DNA from: Macrostomum lignano
Lineage: Eukaryota
Assembly: GCA_002269645.1 (NCBI GenBank)
Contig: NIVC01000458.1
Span: forward strand, 62,001-126,000
Reading direction: 5' to 3'
DNA length: 64,000 bases
Made by a program: the position numbers and the translations under genes. Of the stretch, positions 31,756 to 44,216 are shown piece by piece. The number at the start of each line of letters is the position of its first letter. The first letter of the stretch is position 1. Below the pieces are notes generated by a model that was not told the DNA's origin, searched no databases, and saw only the letters and a list, made by a program, of their open reading frames with translations.

Positions 31756-33504
31756 TCAGTCCAAAGCCTCTGCCGCAAGTGGCCGCAGCGGTTGATCCAG
31801 TCTCTGCTGCCGCAGCCGCCGAAGCTTGGCGCGATGCTGTGAGGCCAGCGCCAGACCCAGCACCAGGTTGCTAAGCAACAGTGGGCAGGCCAGCACCAGC
31901 GACTGCACAGGGACTCCGCCAGATAAGAAGCCGACCAGCGGAGCCAATGCTGACCCGGAGCGCAAGCTGAAAACACACAGCCCGAGTCCGGTGCTGCGCA
32001 GCTCAGTCGGGAAGAACTCGGAGCTCAGCGCCACCAACAGGCTGAAGGCGGCCGAACTGCAGAAGCAGCCAACGACGCCCAGGCCGGCCAGAAGAATCGA
32101 CCAGTCGGGTAAGAAGTGAGCAACGCCGCCGAAAGCGAGGCAAGCCAGCGCGGAGAGCAGGCCGCAGGCGATGAGACCTCTCCGTCTGGGAATGATGTTG
32201 AGCACAAATGCGTAAGGCAGCTGGGTGGCGCCGAGCACTACCGCGTACAGGCACACGTTGGGGATGATTCGGCTGAGCACGAAGTAGAATCCGACGCAGT
32301 TGAGTCCCAGACAGAGGCCGTGCAGGCCCAGGATGCTCAGCGGTCGAAGCAGAGCGCAAGCCACTCGGCGAATCCTTGTTACCAAGCCAGCTTTTTTGCT
32401 GCTGTTTTCGCTGCTTTGCTTGTCTTTGTGTTCGTCCATTTCGGTTTCGTCTGAAGCTACAGCGGGGGCAGCAACGACAGCCTCGATAGCGGCTGATGCT
32501 GCTGTCCGCGAAGGGACGGTCTCACCGTTGATCAAGGCGATGCGACGCAGGGCGGCCTCAGCGGCGGCGTGGCGACCGCGGGCGGCGAGCCAGACGGGAC
32601 TCTCGGGCAAGCAGAGGCCCAGCAGTAGCAGGGAGGGCGCGGCTGTGCAGCAGCTGAACAGAACATAGAGCTGATGGTGGCGAGTGGCCCAGGCCAAGCC
32701 GCCCGCCGCCAGGGTGCCCACGGAGATTCCGGTGCTCCAGGCGGCGATGAAACGGCTGCGGTGGGAGTCACTGGAATTCGATAAAGGGTTCAGAGCTCGG
32801 GGTGAGAATCAGGGCTAGTGTGGGACATTTCTGAGGCCTCGAGGTTCGATTCATCCAGAGGTGGCACCCGAAATGTACCAAATGCTACAAACACGGGACT
32901 GCAGCCATGCAGGTGTTGTAAACAGGACTGCTGGGCGATCCAAGAGTGACAAGGGCTCTCGTTGAAACATTATCTACACTACTGTCGTCAGTAGCACAGT
33001 AGGAACGCACTAGATTTGCGCTTATAAGTATTGCGCTACTCACGAGTGCAGCTCGCAGCCGTAGACTTGCATGGCGCACTGGGCCGGCATCAGGCAGCAT
33101 CCGGCCACGCAGCGAGCCGCCAAATGTAGCGCCAAATTTGGCGCGTAATTGCTAGCTAAGCTGGCTAAGACTAGCAACGCTTGGCCAATCAGAGAGCAGC
33201 GAGCTCGGCCGATTGCGTCAGAGGCCGGGCCACCTAACAGGGAGCCCACAATGGTGCCGGCGAAGAAGGCCACGTTAGTAAGGTCGCCGGTCTGCCTCTG
33301 GCACAGGCCGTACTGCTGGCTGATGGACGACAGGAACTCATCGTTGTCAATTTGGTCGGCTTCTAGGAAAGAGCCGTTGACGCCGTCGCTGCAGTTGTAG
33401 GGCAGCAGGTTGAGAAACATGCCGCTGAGGGTGATCAGCGTGGCGTAAACCATCGTGAGAAAGCCCAGGCCGCAGATGGCGGCGTGGAAGCGACCGAATT
33501 TCAT
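31756..33504 (-). CDS. MFS transporter, SLC22/organic cation transporter-like, paralog A; exons 33504-33044 and 32770-31756 (5' end may extend)
   Basis: Multiple TM helices, motif A (SDAIGRAR), LCLPESPVWLAARGR and SEFFPTELRSTG. Phase-2 GT-AG intron 32771-33043 joins ELHS|DSHRSRF. Confidence 0.88.
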
Positions 33505-34119
33505 CAGTGTCGGTTGCAGTTCGGAGGCTGAACGAGCGTCTGCATCTTGCTGATCGGTCTTGCAGTTGGTACCTTTGCATTAGTGCATTTACATTTACAG
33601 CAGTTAACTTAGTGGATTAGGTAATTTTGCCAACTATACAACAGAAGGACGCTAGCACTGATTTCCGGTTTTCAGCAGCAAAATGAATTAGCGAGATAGG
33701 AAGTTTTCGGTTTTATTAAATAAGCTAGTAAAGTAGCGCGTGTAAAAGAGTAAGAAAACACAACTTTCATGTAGCTACTTTCTCAATTTACAATGCAGAA
33801 GTTCAGAGGGCGAGATATCTAGTGAAAAAAACTTACCTACCTACTGCTTTTTGCAGCGACAACCAGTCTGTATAGTGAATTTTAATGATTTGCTGATGCA
33901 GTTGTTTATGTTAAATTACGATTCGTCACCTGTCACTTAAGTCCGCGTAGCACAATTCTTCACATAGGTAACAACTATAGCTCCGTCACAGAAATAATAA
34001 ACTAGTGGTTAGGGTTTAGGGTTATGGTTCAACCATAAAAACCACCCTGTCAACCATAAGACACTCATGTTGGAACTGCTACGATGTCAAGGCTCATAGG
34101 GGAAATTTCTGGGATTCTG

Positions 34120-35125
34120 TGACTCAGGGGGAATTGTTGAGATGCACAAAGACTCATGGGGGAATTGTTGAGATGCACAAAGACTCATGGGGGAATTGTT
34201 GAGATGCACAAAGACTCATGGGGGAATTGTTGAGATGCATAAAGAAAGACTGATGGGGGGATTGTTGAGATGTAAAGACTCATGGGGGAATTGTTGAGAT
34301 GCATAAAGACTGATGGGGGAATTGTTGAGATGCATAAAGACTGATGGGGGAATTGTTAAGATGTAAAGACTCATGGGGGAATTGTTGAGATGCATAAAGA
34401 CTCATGGGGGAATTGTTGAGATGTAAAGACTCATGGGGGAATTGTTGAGATGCATAAAGACTGATGGGGGAATTGTTGAGATGCATAAAGACTGATGGGG
34501 GAATTGTTAAGATGCATAAAGACTGATGGGGGAATTGTTGAGATACATAAAGACTCATGGGGGAATTGTTGAGATGCACAAAGACTCATGGGGGAATTGT
34601 TGAGATGTAAAGACTCATGGGGGAATCGTTGAGATGCATAAAGACTCATGGGGGAATTGTTGAGATGTAAAGACTCATGGGGGAATTGTTGAGATGTAAA
34701 GACTCATGGGGGAATCGTTGAGATGCATAAAGACTCATGGGGGAATTGTTGAGATGCATAAAGACTGATGGGGGAATTGTTGAGATGTAAAGACTCATGG
34801 GGGAATTGTTGAGATGCATAAAGACTCATGGGGGAATTGTTGAGATGCATAAAGACTGATGGGGGAATTGTTGAGATGTAAAGACTCATGGGGGAATTGT
34901 TGAGATGTAAAGACTCATGGGGGAATTGTTGAGATGTAAAGACTCATGGGGGAATTGTTGAGATGAAAAGACTCATGGGGGAATTGTTGAGATGAAAAGA
35001 CTCATGGGGGAATTGTTGAGATGTAAAGACTCATGGGGGAATTGTTGAGATGTAAAGACTCATGGGGGAATTGTTGAGATGAAAAGACTCATGGGGGAAT
35101 TGTTGAGATGAAAAGACTCATGGGG
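34120..35125. repeat. 29/31-bp minisatellite GGGGGAATTGTTGAGATG(CA)TAAAGACTCAT
   Basis: Directly visible. Confidence 0.97.
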
Positions 35126-36907
35126 GAATAGCTGAAATTGCTCATGGGGTTTCTCAGATGCTTTGAGCCAAAACTCATGGAATTTGTCGATTTGCCATCT
35201 TAGGATGGCTTTCAGGGCGGACGATTTTTTGCTTTAAACATCATGTTCTTTAAGAAATTAACAAAAGTGACCCTCTAGGTAAGAAGCTTATTAAAAAATT
35301 ATTCCTTGCTTTGTTGCCTCACGGAAGGGCGCAGAATGCTTGGTCTATATACTAAAAATGAAAATGTCTGTAAATAATGATTAGACCCGTTCTACTCTAT
35401 CTTTGATGCATCATTCTGGATCGTCTGATCACCAATCTATTTTTGCACATCCCTTCTCCGATCCATTCAACTTACATCAGGAGCGTCGCCATGGATTTTA
35501 TGGTGGGGGGGGGGGCAAAGCCAAGAATTCGACATGTACATGTACATTACTTAATTCCTACATGTCCATTTTTTAAGAATCAGTGTTGTCAGCGCCCATT
35601 TTGGCGCTTCAGGCACTCATTTGAATGCCGCAGGCACTTATTTTGGCGCCGCAGGCACTCATTTGAATGCCGCAGGCACTTATTTTGGCGCCGCAGGCAC
35701 TCATTTGAATGCCACAGGCACTTATTTTGGCGCCCAAGACCTCTTTTGGCGCCTCAGGCACTCATTTTGGCGCCGCAGGCACTCATTTTAGCGCCTTTTA
35801 TCATTTTATCGTTGAGGAATTCCATTGAAAGGGATACACATCCTGGAGGGGAGGGAGATGGGGACGCCTGAATGGTTGCAATAACGCTTAGTTTTAGTCT
35901 AGCATTTCAGCGAAGTGTCGCGATAAACACCAAATCTACACAGGTCGCTTTCGTCATAAGTTAGAAAAGTTAGGAGTTATAGATTGCTTCACCTGTTCTC
36001 TAACATAGCAAACTCAGAAACTGCTTCACAGAGAATCCACAGTAGAGTTCGTTTATGACGTAGATAGGCTTCTCACTATGAAACTTTTATGATTTAAGCC
36101 AGTGCTGCACACTTCGACAAGCTGAAAGTCTAACAGCTGTCAGTCAATCTGAACGAACCACTGCGCTATGCGGTTGACTGCGCGGCAGAGTGTCACGTAT
36201 AAGAGCTATAGAATTGTGAAAGAGCGAGGAATCTTTCTCAAAAGCTACTAATTACGTTGGACACCTATGGACGTAAGATAAAGAAGCCGCACTTATGGCT
36301 TGCTTAAAAGGCTCATAAATTGCTAAATATATTCATAAAATTCGTTTCAACAACTGCATGGTCAACTGGGGCTAAACAGCACACACTTGTAAGCTAGTTA
36401 GACAAAAGGACATGATGCACTCTTGTTTAAAAATATGATTTTCTTCAATGGCAAACTGCTTAGATAAACAATTACAAATGCAAATTTATTATAATCAGCT
36501 TACATGCACTTTGCTGCTTCAAATTTGCTGTTTCTTCTTCTGTCATAGCGAATAGGGTTGGTAATCGGTGGGGACGGGGTTGGTGTGGGGCGGCGCGGCT
36601 GTGCAGTCAAGGTAAATTTCTACCAGCGCCTAATATCAATAAGGTGCGAACATGCAGATTTTGGCAAAAACTGCGGGATTCCAGGGGTTAGCTGGCAACG
36701 AGGAAAGAGATAGTTATAGGTGGGCGACCTGCCCGCTGTCCAATAGCTGCGGGGGCAGACACGCGTCTCTACGTGATCGTCTCAATTAGACTGTAAAAGT
36801 GCGCCGCAAAAAATCTGCTCATTTTTTTCGTACGAGTACTCCAAACTTGAATTAGTATGACACGAGTAGGGGCAAAAATCCATGATCCTACGTATCCAGT
36901 ATACTTC

Positions 36908-37632
36908 TATGACCAGGGAGAAACCTACCTCTATGACCGGGAGAACCCAACCTCTATGACCGGGAGAACCCTACCTCTATGACCAGGGAGAACCCTACCT
37001 CTATGACCAGGGAGAACCCTACCTCTATGACCGCGGAGAACCCAACCTCTATGACCGCGGAGAACCCAACCTCTATGACCGGGAGAACCCAACCTCTATG
37101 ACCAGGGAGAACCCAACCTCTATGACCGGGAGAACCCAACCTCTATGACCAGGGAGAACCCAACCTCTATGACCGGGAGAACCCAACCTCTATGACCGGG
37201 AGAACCCAACCTCTATGACCGCGGAGAACCCTACCTCTATGACCGGGGAGAACCCTACCTCTATGACCGGGGAGAACCCTACCTCTATGACCGCGGAGAA
37301 CCCAACCTCTATGACCGCGGAGAACCCAACCTCTATGACCGCGGAGAACCCAACCTCTATGACCGCGGAGAACCCAACCTCTATGACCGGGGAGAACCCA
37401 ACCTCTATGACCGCGGAGAACCCTACCTCTATGACCGGGGAGAACCCTACCTCTATGACTGGGAGAACCCTACCTATATGACCGCGGAGAACCCAACCTC
37501 TATGACCGCGGAGAACCCAACCTCTATGACCGGGAGAACCCAACCTCTATGACCAGGGAGAACCCAACCTCTATGACCGCGGAGAACCCAACCTCTATGA
37601 CCGCGGAGAACCCAACCTCTATGACCGGGGAT
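36908..37632. repeat. 23/24-bp minisatellite CTCTATGACCGCGGAGAACCCAAC
   Basis: Directly visible. Confidence 0.97.
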
Positions 37633-38395
37633 AATCCAACAATGCTATCAACTAAGTCAAACAGTTGGCAATCACTGTGATCTGTAAACTTTTAGCTAAG
37701 TTAAGTAAACAAAACGACATGGCGTATGCATGAAGCCAAGCCAGTTCAACTATTGAAGGAAAGTCAAATTTATGTTATATGCCATCAATCAATTTGATGC
37801 CAGCTAGTAGCATCTGTTGCACTGTTGACACAGACCAACTGACAGACCGCGAGCTAATGCATTCAAAGATTTTTCCGCTGTCACTTTAAAAACGGGTTTT
37901 GGACGATTTTGTTTCGGCAGAGGAATAAGTTTTTCCATTCCTATGAACTTGAATACCATAAGGACAACTGAGAAAAAGCCGGCCAGTGCAGTAGCGTCTT
38001 TCCACTTCTACGACCCAGTACGCGCACAGCTATTCAAGTGTACATCGGTAGACAGGCAGCACACAATGGGTTGCACCGAAACATTTCAAAGGCGAATGCG
38101 CTTGTAAAATTTTGTAGGTAGATAAAAAAACTGTTCTTATTCAACCGCGAAAATGAGAACAATAAGAATTGATCCAGACAAAAAACGTATGTTTCTTTCA
38201 TCTCTAAGCCTCAGTCTCAACTGTTTTCATTACCTATCTTTGCTTATAAAGAAGCGTTTATTGGCAAAGTGCATGAAGGCTTAATATCGGCAGTAGATGC
38301 TTACACGTGGCAAAAATACGTGTCAGTACGAGCTAGTAAGTGTCAATTGTTAAGACCTAAAGTATAATTATATTGTCTGGGTTTAATAAGTCTAA

Positions 38396-39018
38396 AACCA
38401 GGTAATGAGACTGTTAGACCAGGTAATGAGGCTGTTAGGACCAGGTAATGAGACTGTTAGGACCAGGTAATGAGACTGTTAGACCAGGTAATGAGGCTGT
38501 TAGGACCAGGTAATGAGACTGTTAGGACCAGGTAATGAGACTGCGAGGACCAGGTAATGAGACTGCGAGGACCAGGTAATGAGACTGCGAGGACCAAGTA
38601 ATGAGGCTGTTAGGACCAGGTAATGAGACTGTTAGGACCAGGTAATGAGACTGCGAGGACCAGGTAATGAGACTGCGAGGACCAAGTAATGAGACTGTTA
38701 GGACCAGGTAATGAGACTGTTAGGACCAGGTAATGAGACTGCGAGGACCAAGTAATGAGACTGTTAGGACCAGGTAATGAGACTGTTAGGACCAGGTAAT
38801 GAGACTGTTAGGACCAGGTAATGAGACTGTTAGACCAGGTAATGAGGCTGTTAGGACCAGGTAATGAGACTGTTAGGACCAGGTAATGAGACTGCGAGGA
38901 CCAGGTAATGAGACTGCGAGGACCAGGTAATGAGACTGCGAGGACCAGGTAATGAGACTGTTAGGACCAAGTAATGAGACTGTTAGACCAGGTAATGAGA
39001 CTGTTAGACCAGGTAATG
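38396..39018. repeat. 21/22-bp minisatellite GGTAATGAGACTGTTAG(G)ACCA
   Basis: Directly visible. Confidence 0.97.
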
Positions 39019-39112
39019 AAACAGTGGCAGACAGTGCTAGACAAATAATAAACAAATACATAACCTAATCAGATCTACAAGGTAGCAGCATACATCAATA
39101 GACAATAGTTAA

Positions 39113-41373
39113 TCAAGCCCGCACCTCAAACTCAATCTGCGAATGACCAACCGGGATAACCATCTTCTCCATAGGCGCCGAGGAGTCATTCTGACTATTA
39201 CTAGACTCATCTTTATCCTCATCGTTACCAAATAATCGACAGCCGAATTGGCGAGCGCAGCTGCCGCTCAAAGCGAGTCCCAGCGGCAGGGAGGAGAGCA
39301 GCAGAGGCCAGCCAAGCGCCATGGAGCGGAGCAGGGCTCCTGGCAGGTAGTTAATCAGCGGCGCTAATGTGGAGCCGCAGCGGAGGCAGAAGGCGCAGAC
39401 ACCCAGCCCGGTATTCCTGATGCGAATCGGATAACTTTCCGCGCTGACCGACACCAGCAGATTAAAAGCCGACGTTGAGCAAAAGCTGCCGAGGACGCCC
39501 AGGCCGGCTAGCAACGCGCCGCTCCAGCCGCCGCGAGCGAGCGAACCCTGCGGCAGGAAGTAAGCAGCGGCCCCGAAGCCAACGCTGACCAATCCGGACA
39601 GGACGCTGCAAGCCAGAAGGCCCGGCCGGCGAGGCACCAGGTTCAACAGGAAGAAACTGGGCACCTGGGTAGAGCCGAGCAGCACAGCGTAGAGACACAC
39701 ATCCGGTATGACGCCGCTCATGACAAAGTAGAAGCCGTAGCAGTTCATCCCGAGGCACACGCCGTGGAAGCCCAGCAGGCAGGCCAGTCGGAGAAGTCGG
39801 CAGTTCCAGCCGCTGCCGCCGCCGCCGCCGCCGCCGCTGCCGCCGCTTCCTGTCGCCATTGTCAAAGCCGGATTGGACGGCAGCAACGACGGCGTCCTCG
39901 ATGGTTGTCGATCATCCCCTGATCGGCGTCGACCGTTAATGACGTCGACGCGTTTCAGGGCGGCCAGCGATTCGTCCACTCGGCCGCGGGCGGCCAGCCA
40001 GGCCGGACTCTCCGGTAGCCAGAGCGCCAGCAGCAGGTTGACCGGCGCCAGGCAGCAGGAGACCAGCACGTACAGCTGGTGGTCTCTGGTCAGGTGCGCC
40101 AGCAGGCCGCAGCCCACTGTCCCGATGGAGACGCCGACGCTCCAGATAGCCAGGAAGCGGCCCTGATAACGCGAACTGTGCACCTCGCTGCCGTACACCT
40201 GTACATGCGAGGTTGAGGGAATGTCAGGTCATCCTAGCAGGATTGGTCATAAAAAATTATGGGCTAGGAGGGTGGTCATTCACTACTGTATGATCAGGGA
40301 ACATTGTCATTCACTACTATATGATCAGGGAACATTGTCATTCACTACTGTATGATAAGGGAACATTGGCATTCACTATGACCCGGGGGAATGGTTACCT
40401 AAAATGATCTTGGCGAATGGTCATCCACAATGACCAGGGAGAATGGTCACCCACAATGACCAGGGAGAATAGTCATTCACAATGACCAGGGAGAATGGTC
40501 ATCCACAATGACCCGGGAGAATGGTCACCCACAATGACCCCGGGAGAATAGTCATTCACAATGACCAGGGAGAATAGTCATCCACAATGACCAGGGAGAA
40601 TGGTCATCCACAATGACCAGGGAGAATGGTCACCCACAATGACCCGGGAGAATGGTCATCTACAATGACCCGGGAGAATGTTCATCCACTTTGATCCAGG
40701 ATAATGGTCATATACAATGACTCAGAACCCCGAGAGGAAGGTGAGCCTGGTGTAAGCACCAGCTGCCGACTTGAGCTACCTGAATGGCGCACTGAGCCAC
40801 CACCATGAAGCAGCCAGCCAGGCCCCGACAAGAGAGATGAAGCCACAAGCTGGGCGCGTAGTTGCTTGCCAAAGTGACCAAGGTGGCGACCACCACGCCG
40901 ACCACAATGCAGGGCTTCCGGCCGAGCCTGTCGGACACGGGGCCGGTCAGCAGCGAGCCTGCGATGGTGCCAAACATGTAGGCCACATTGGTGAGGTCCC
41001 CGGTCGCCCGGTCGCACAGACGGTATTGTCGACTCAGCGACGAACGAAAGCCCTGATGCTCCGACCACGACAGGCTCATGTCATCGTCCTCAGCGGTGAC
41101 GTCTCCGTCTGAGTCGGTCGCCCCCGCGGTGCAGTTGAACGGCCTGATGTTGAGAAACATGCCACTGAGAATCAACAGCGTGCTGTACAGGAGCACCATG
41201 AAACCCAGCAGGCAGGTCAGGGCGTGGAACCGGGTGAACTTCTCCAAGGACTCTTCCTTCTCGTCCATGCCGGGATCGTCGCGACCCGACTCCGCTGGTG
41301 GCGGCGGCGGCGGCGGCGGCGACAGAGCCTGCCGCTCATCCTCCGCAGCTGTGGAGGCTAAAACGTCAGTCAT
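39113..41373 (-). CDS. MFS transporter, SLC22-like, paralog B; exons 41373-40780 and 40198-39113, ~559 aa
   Basis: SDRLGRKP motif A, WLPESPAWLAARGR and AESYPIRIRNTG. Phase-0 intron 40199-40779 joins CAIQ|VYGSEVHS. Clearly paralogous to 31756-33504. Confidence 0.9.
40290..40690. repeat. ~26-bp minisatellite in the SLC22 paralog B intron
   Basis: ACAATGACCAGGGAGAATGGTCATCC units. Confidence 0.9.
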
Positions 41374-41814
41374 GACTATTATTACAGTTTCGCTGGGCGG
41401 ATTCTATCTGTTGAGCAGTTCTAATCTGAGAGTCACTCTCTGTCCTCCACAGCTTTTGATCTATGGAGGCGGGTCAGAAGTCCATTGTAGTGCAAAAGAT
41501 AAGCTCTCATTTGTAGCTTAGTGGAAAACTGCAACTTAACCAATAAAGTTACACGACAAATGGCTCTTCATTTTCGGGGTTAAAACAAAATTATTACGCC
41601 AATATACATGTAGATTGTTGAGTGCTTTATCTAGGCCACCGGCATAGATTACTCGCGTTTTACGTTGTTTTATTGTGGCTAAAGAACAGTTTTAATGGCA
41701 GTTTACCTGAGTATATGGAATATGGGGCAATCAATTGAACTAACTAATAGGTATGTTATAACTGTATAGCATTAGTAATACTGTGAATAGGCTGTATTAT
41801 TATTCACATAAGAG

Positions 41815-42893
41815 TACTATGATCTGTATGAGCTAATCTATGATCTGTATGAGCAAATCTGTATGATCTGCATGAGCTAATCTATGATCTGTATGAGCTA
41901 ATCTATGATCTGTATGAGCTTATCTATGATCTCTATGAGCTAATCTATGATCTGTATGAGCAAATCTGTATGATCTGCATGAGCTAATCTATGATCTGTA
42001 TGAGCTAATCTATGATCTGTATGAGCTTATCTATGATCTCTATGAGCTAATCTATGATCTGTATGAGCAAATCTGTATGATCTGCATGAGCTAATCTATG
42101 ATCTGTATGAGCTAATCTATGATCTGTATGAGCAAATCTGTATGATCTGCATGAGCTAATCTATGATCTGTATGAGCTAATCTATGATCTGTATGAGCTA
42201 ATCTATGATCTCTATGAGCTAATCTATGATCTGTATGAGCAAATCTGTATGATCTGTATGAGCTAATCTATGATCTGTTTGAGCTAATCTATGATCTGTA
42301 TGAGCTAATCTATGATCTGCATGAGCTAATCTATGATCTGTATGAGCGAATCTGTATGATCTGCATGAGCTAATGTACATGTATGATCTGTATGATCTTT
42401 ATGAGCAAATGTATGGTCTGAATGAGCGAATCTGTATGATCTGCATGAGCTAATCTATGATCTGTATGAGCTCAACTATGATCTGTATGAGCTAATCTAT
42501 GATCTGTATGAGCTAATCTATGATCTGTATGAGCTAACCTATGATCTGTATGAGCTTATCTATGATCTCTATGAGCTAATCTATGATCTGTATGAGCAAA
42601 TCTGTATGATCTGTATGAGCTAATGTATGATCTGTATGAGCGAATCTGTATGATCTGCATGAGCTAATCTATGATCTGCATGAGCTAATCTATGATCTGC
42701 ATGAGCTAATCTATGATCTGCATGAGCTAATCTATGATCTGCATGAGCTAACCTATGATCTGTATGAGCGAATCTGTATGATCTGCATGAGCTAATCTAT
42801 GATCTGCATGAGCTAATCTATGATCTGCATGAGCTAATCTATGATCTGCATGAGCTAATCTATGATCTGCATGAGCTAATCTATGATCTGTAT
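41815..42893. repeat. 21/23-bp minisatellite TATGATCTGTATGAGCTAATC
   Basis: Directly visible. A minus-strand donor-like GGTAAG at ~42912-42917 suggests it lies in a 5' UTR intron of paralog B. Confidence 0.96.
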
Positions 42894-43589
42894 GACAAAC
42901 GCATTATGATTACTTACCAGTCAGCTGATGCGCAGAACCGTTTAAAACAGACATGACGAACTATTTTCTACTCTAGTCTATTGTGTATTTATTGAAGTAG
43001 CGAACTTAAACACACTTTTATAACCAATGTAATCCAGAAACTGTCACTGTTGACATTTAATATAAACTGGCTTAGCTGACTGACAGAGAAGCAAGTTCAG
43101 AAACCGGTTTGAAAAGTCTGGATGAAACGAACTGCTTCTGCTGCTGCCGAGGGTAAAAGGTCACGGAGTAACCCCAGGGCAAGCTAGTATTCGTGCAAAA
43201 TAGAAGTACAGACAGTCTTTTGCGTTTTTTTTCATGCTGAAATCCTGCAGCAGTTTGTCTAAATTTGTCGGAAAAAAGACAATTAAAAGGTAAAATATAA
43301 TTAATGATCGTTAAAACCTGATTAAGTTTGCCAATTAGCAAAAAAGCGACTGCGCTAGATGTATATAAAAATGGAGCCAAAAGTATAAAAATCAATGAAA
43401 TAACTCTTAGCATTAATACTATAAAATTAATTACAATTGAAAAATGTGTGGCAAGATTAAAATAGTGAATAGAGTTATTGTATAGGTGCATAGAAGGTCG
43501 AGCAGACAAATAGTTTAGGCAAATCATACCGAGGCAGCAATGGTAGTTTAAGTAGCGATTAATAGGTATAAATTAGATAGGCAAGGCAG

Positions 43590-44095
43590 GTTAAAGTTGG
43601 CAAAGTAGGTTAAGGTACCTTAGGCGCATAAACAGTAGACAAGGTAGGTAAAGTAGACAAGGTAGGTAAAGTAGACAAGGTAGGTAAAGTAGACAAGGTA
43701 GGTAAAGTAGACAAGGTAGGTAAAGTAGACAAGGTAGGTAAAATAGACAAGGTAGGTAATGTAGGCCAGGTAGGTAAAGTAGACAAGGTATGTAAAATAG
43801 ACACGGTAGGTAAAATAGACACGGTAGGTAAAATAGACAAGGAAGGTAAAGTGGGCCAGGGTTGGTAAAGTAGACAAGGTAGGTAAAGTAGGTCAGGTAG
43901 GCAAAGTAGGCCAGGTAGGTAAAGTAGGTCAGGTAGGCAAAGTAGGCCAGGTAGGTAAAGTAGGTCAGGTAGGCAAAGTAGGCCAGGTAGGTAAAGTAGG
44001 TCAGGTAGGCAAAGTAGGCCAGGTAGGTAAAGTAGGTCAGGTAGGCAAAGTAGGCCAGGCTAAGTAGTTAGGGCAGACCGGGTAGGCAAAGCAGG
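43590..44095. repeat. 18-bp minisatellite (AAGGTAGGTAAAGTAGAC) grading into a 36-bp dimeric unit
   Basis: Directly visible. Confidence 0.93.
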
Positions 44096-44216
44096 CAAGC
44101 CAGGTTATAATTAGGTAGGCAAATCAGTTTGCAAGCGGTAGACAAGTCACTGCTACAAATGGTAGAGACAGACAGCAGGTAAATCGGAACACCGATCAAT
44201 TTACCCCCCCCCCCCC

